A stretch of 63,910 nucleotides of DNA, counting the filler. It is 6 parts of 6 records of this genome, joined end to end, with 100 filler letters (N's around TTAATTAATTAA, not from the genome) between each part and the next. Parts side by side here need not be neighbours in the genome. Positions count along the whole stretch, not along the records: positions 58,673 to 63,910 come from SRR31147125_2704; 5 more parts are not named here. One strand, given 5' to 3'. A program made the position numbers and the translations under genes. The notes beneath the pieces are model-generated. The model searched no databases and was not told the origin of the DNA. It saw only the letters and a list, made by a program, of their open reading frames with translations. This document shows, piece after piece, positions 62,692-63,910 of the stretch (its first letter is position 1; every line of letters begins with the position of its first letter).

Positions 62692-63910
62692 ATGCATAAC
62701 AAATTCATTATACTTCACCAGTTACCGTGGGCAACAAGAAACGGAGAGGTTATAGAGATACAATCCAGTACTACTGAGATACGCTATCAATATTTCGGCA
62801 GTCCATTGCTATCAGTACCTGCTGAGTGGACGGTGATTATCTCCAAGCGTTACGAAAAGCTATCCGCTACTGGTGTTACCTACTACAAGAGAGGCGTAAA
62901 GTACATCCTGTACAGACTTCCACACGGCGAAACTTCTCATAAAAAGAGGGACTCGAAGCAGAACTTTCAAACCTTTCTAATAAAGACAAATAATAATCAT
63001 AAACAATTAACCCTTGAAGTTAATGGTGCAGTAGAAGCACCGGAATACATCAATAATGAACGTCAAAAAAATGCACAATCCCGCATAATGCTCTCATGGA
63101 CAGATGTCTTTGACCGCTGTATACGTTCAGTTCAACATACTGGAGACAGACAGGAGGAGTACTATAAAATTGACTGGAAAAGGATCTTTAAAATACTTAC
63201 GGAGGTAAATGAGAGCGAAAGCACCCCACGAAGATCTTTGATTACCGAAATTTCCAAATCTATGCATAAATACATACATGAATTAGTAAATAACCCAAGA
63301 AAGATTCTGTCTCGGGAAAGGCGATTAGTCCCAGCAGGAAAGATCAAAGAAACCGATACAGCATGCCTCCATTGGTATGTGCGCCAACCCGGAAAAGATG
63401 CGGCTGAGAAGGCTGCAAGAAATTCCCAAAGGCTGCTGGGTGTTTCCCGTTATGAGGCTTATGACACCCTTGAGAATAGAGTGTTAAAGGATTTTTTAAG
63501 AAGATGCAGACTAGAAGCAAACAAATATATCAAGGAGAATAGAGAATTTACTAAAAGTGATGACTATAAAAGTGTTCAAAGCTTTGGCAATAACGCAGAA
63601 GCATTGCTTCACTCTCCCACCCTCACCTCTGTGAAAAAAATGACAGAAAGAGTCAAGCCAAATTATGTCCTACTCCACGATAAGCGTTATCGTAAAATCT
63701 GGAAATTATACAAAAAGCTAATAAAGCAGGATTTAGAAGAGGACATCCTCTGGGATTGGCAGGCAAATACATGGGCAGACCTAGCCTCTATCTTTGTAAA
63801 CCTTAGTTTAAAAAAGCTTACAGCGAGTACAGAAAGATTCACTTTAGAAGAGATACTAAATTCAACCCTAGGGATATACAGAGAACAGAAACAAGGGGTG
63901 AGAATACGGC
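62692..63910 (+). CDS. DUF2357 McrC-like protein, 3'-truncated
   Basis: Manual translation MHNKFIILHQLPW...PRKILSRERR...YDTLENRVLKDFL...PNYVLLHDKRYRKIWKLY; open to window end; missed by the ORF track. Confidence 0.8.
   Translation, partial: MHNKFIILHQLPWATRNGEVIEIQSSTTEIRYQYFGSPLLSVPAEWTVIISKRYEKLSATGVTYYKRGVKYILYRLPHGETSHKKRDSKQNFQTFLIKTNNNHKQLTLEVNGAVEAPEYINNERQKNAQSRIMLSWTDVFDRCIRSVQHTGDRQEEYYKIDWKRIFKILTEVNESESTPRRSLITEISKSMHKYIHELVNNPRKILSRERRLVPAGKIKETDTACLHWYVRQPGKDAAEKAARNSQRLLGVSRYEAYDTLENRVLKDFLRRCRLEANKYIKENREFTKSDDYKSVQSFGNNAEALLHSPTLTSVKKMTERVKPNYVLLHDKRYRKIWKLYKKLIKQDLEEDILWDWQANTWADLASIFVNLSLKKLTASTERFTLEEILNSTLGIYREQKQGVRIR

Noticed and set aside
62674-62694. McrB stop is in frame with the DUF2357 ORF (possible readthrough fusion)
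   Set aside because: There is a 1-in-3 chance of shared frame, a usable ATG lies at 62692, and McrB and McrC are normally separate; no recoding signal seen
475-63347. Numerous 60-180 aa ORFs antisense to or nested in long genes
   Set aside because: They are shadow frames of well-supported genes with no independent motifs
1-63910. CRISPR array, rRNA, integrase or transposase genes
   Set aside because: No regularly spaced direct repeats, rRNA-like sequence or recombinase/transposase motifs were recognised

Overview
The window is not one locus. It is six contigs joined by artificial 100-nt spacers (N-run, TTAATTAATTAA, N-run), so no linkage should be inferred across spacers. Contig 1 (1-9993) looks like Bacteroidota (Prolixibacteraceae/Draconibacterium-like). 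It carries an amidohydrolase, a macrodomain protein, galM, L-serine dehydratase, a MATE pump with a candidate leader-peptide attenuator, rsgA and a HEPN-MNT pair. Contig 2 (10094-33325, Bacteroidota) starts with a tmRNA 3' end followed by a ~23 kb minus-strand polysaccharide utilisation locus. That locus holds a SusD 3' end, a surface lipoprotein, two lambda-carrageenase (GH150)-like genes, a CBM/T9SS protein, four Cys-type sulfatases, two GH95 (one frameshifted) and a propeller-GH/esterase fusion. Contig 3 (33426-42906) is Bacteroidota housekeeping: lepA, aspS, tadA, aroA, aroB, dprA, speA. Contig 4 (43007-52248, origin unclear) has a zinc-ribbon protein, a large MshEN-like/cNMP-binding/coiled-coil protein, a PAP2 phosphatase and a giant AsmA-like gene. 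Contig 5 (52349-58572, low-GC, sigmaA/SD signals) has a TPP riboswitch, PTS-IIC plus EAL, a K+ channel, a GNAT and a TudS-like gene. Contig 6 (58673-63910) is a tightly coupled Vsr-like nuclease / TM-coiled-coil / TM-coiled-coil-McrB / DUF2357-McrC operon. The best candidates for new biology are: (i) a CBM apparently split between a CTD-less lambda-carrageenase and its T9SS-tagged neighbour; (ii) the lambda-carrageenan-type PUL itself; (iii) a membrane-anchored coiled-coil McrBC-type defence system; (iv) a 15-codon leader/attenuator upstream of the MATE gene. Family calls come from motif recognition by eye, not database searches. Several frameshifts may be homopolymer sequencing errors.
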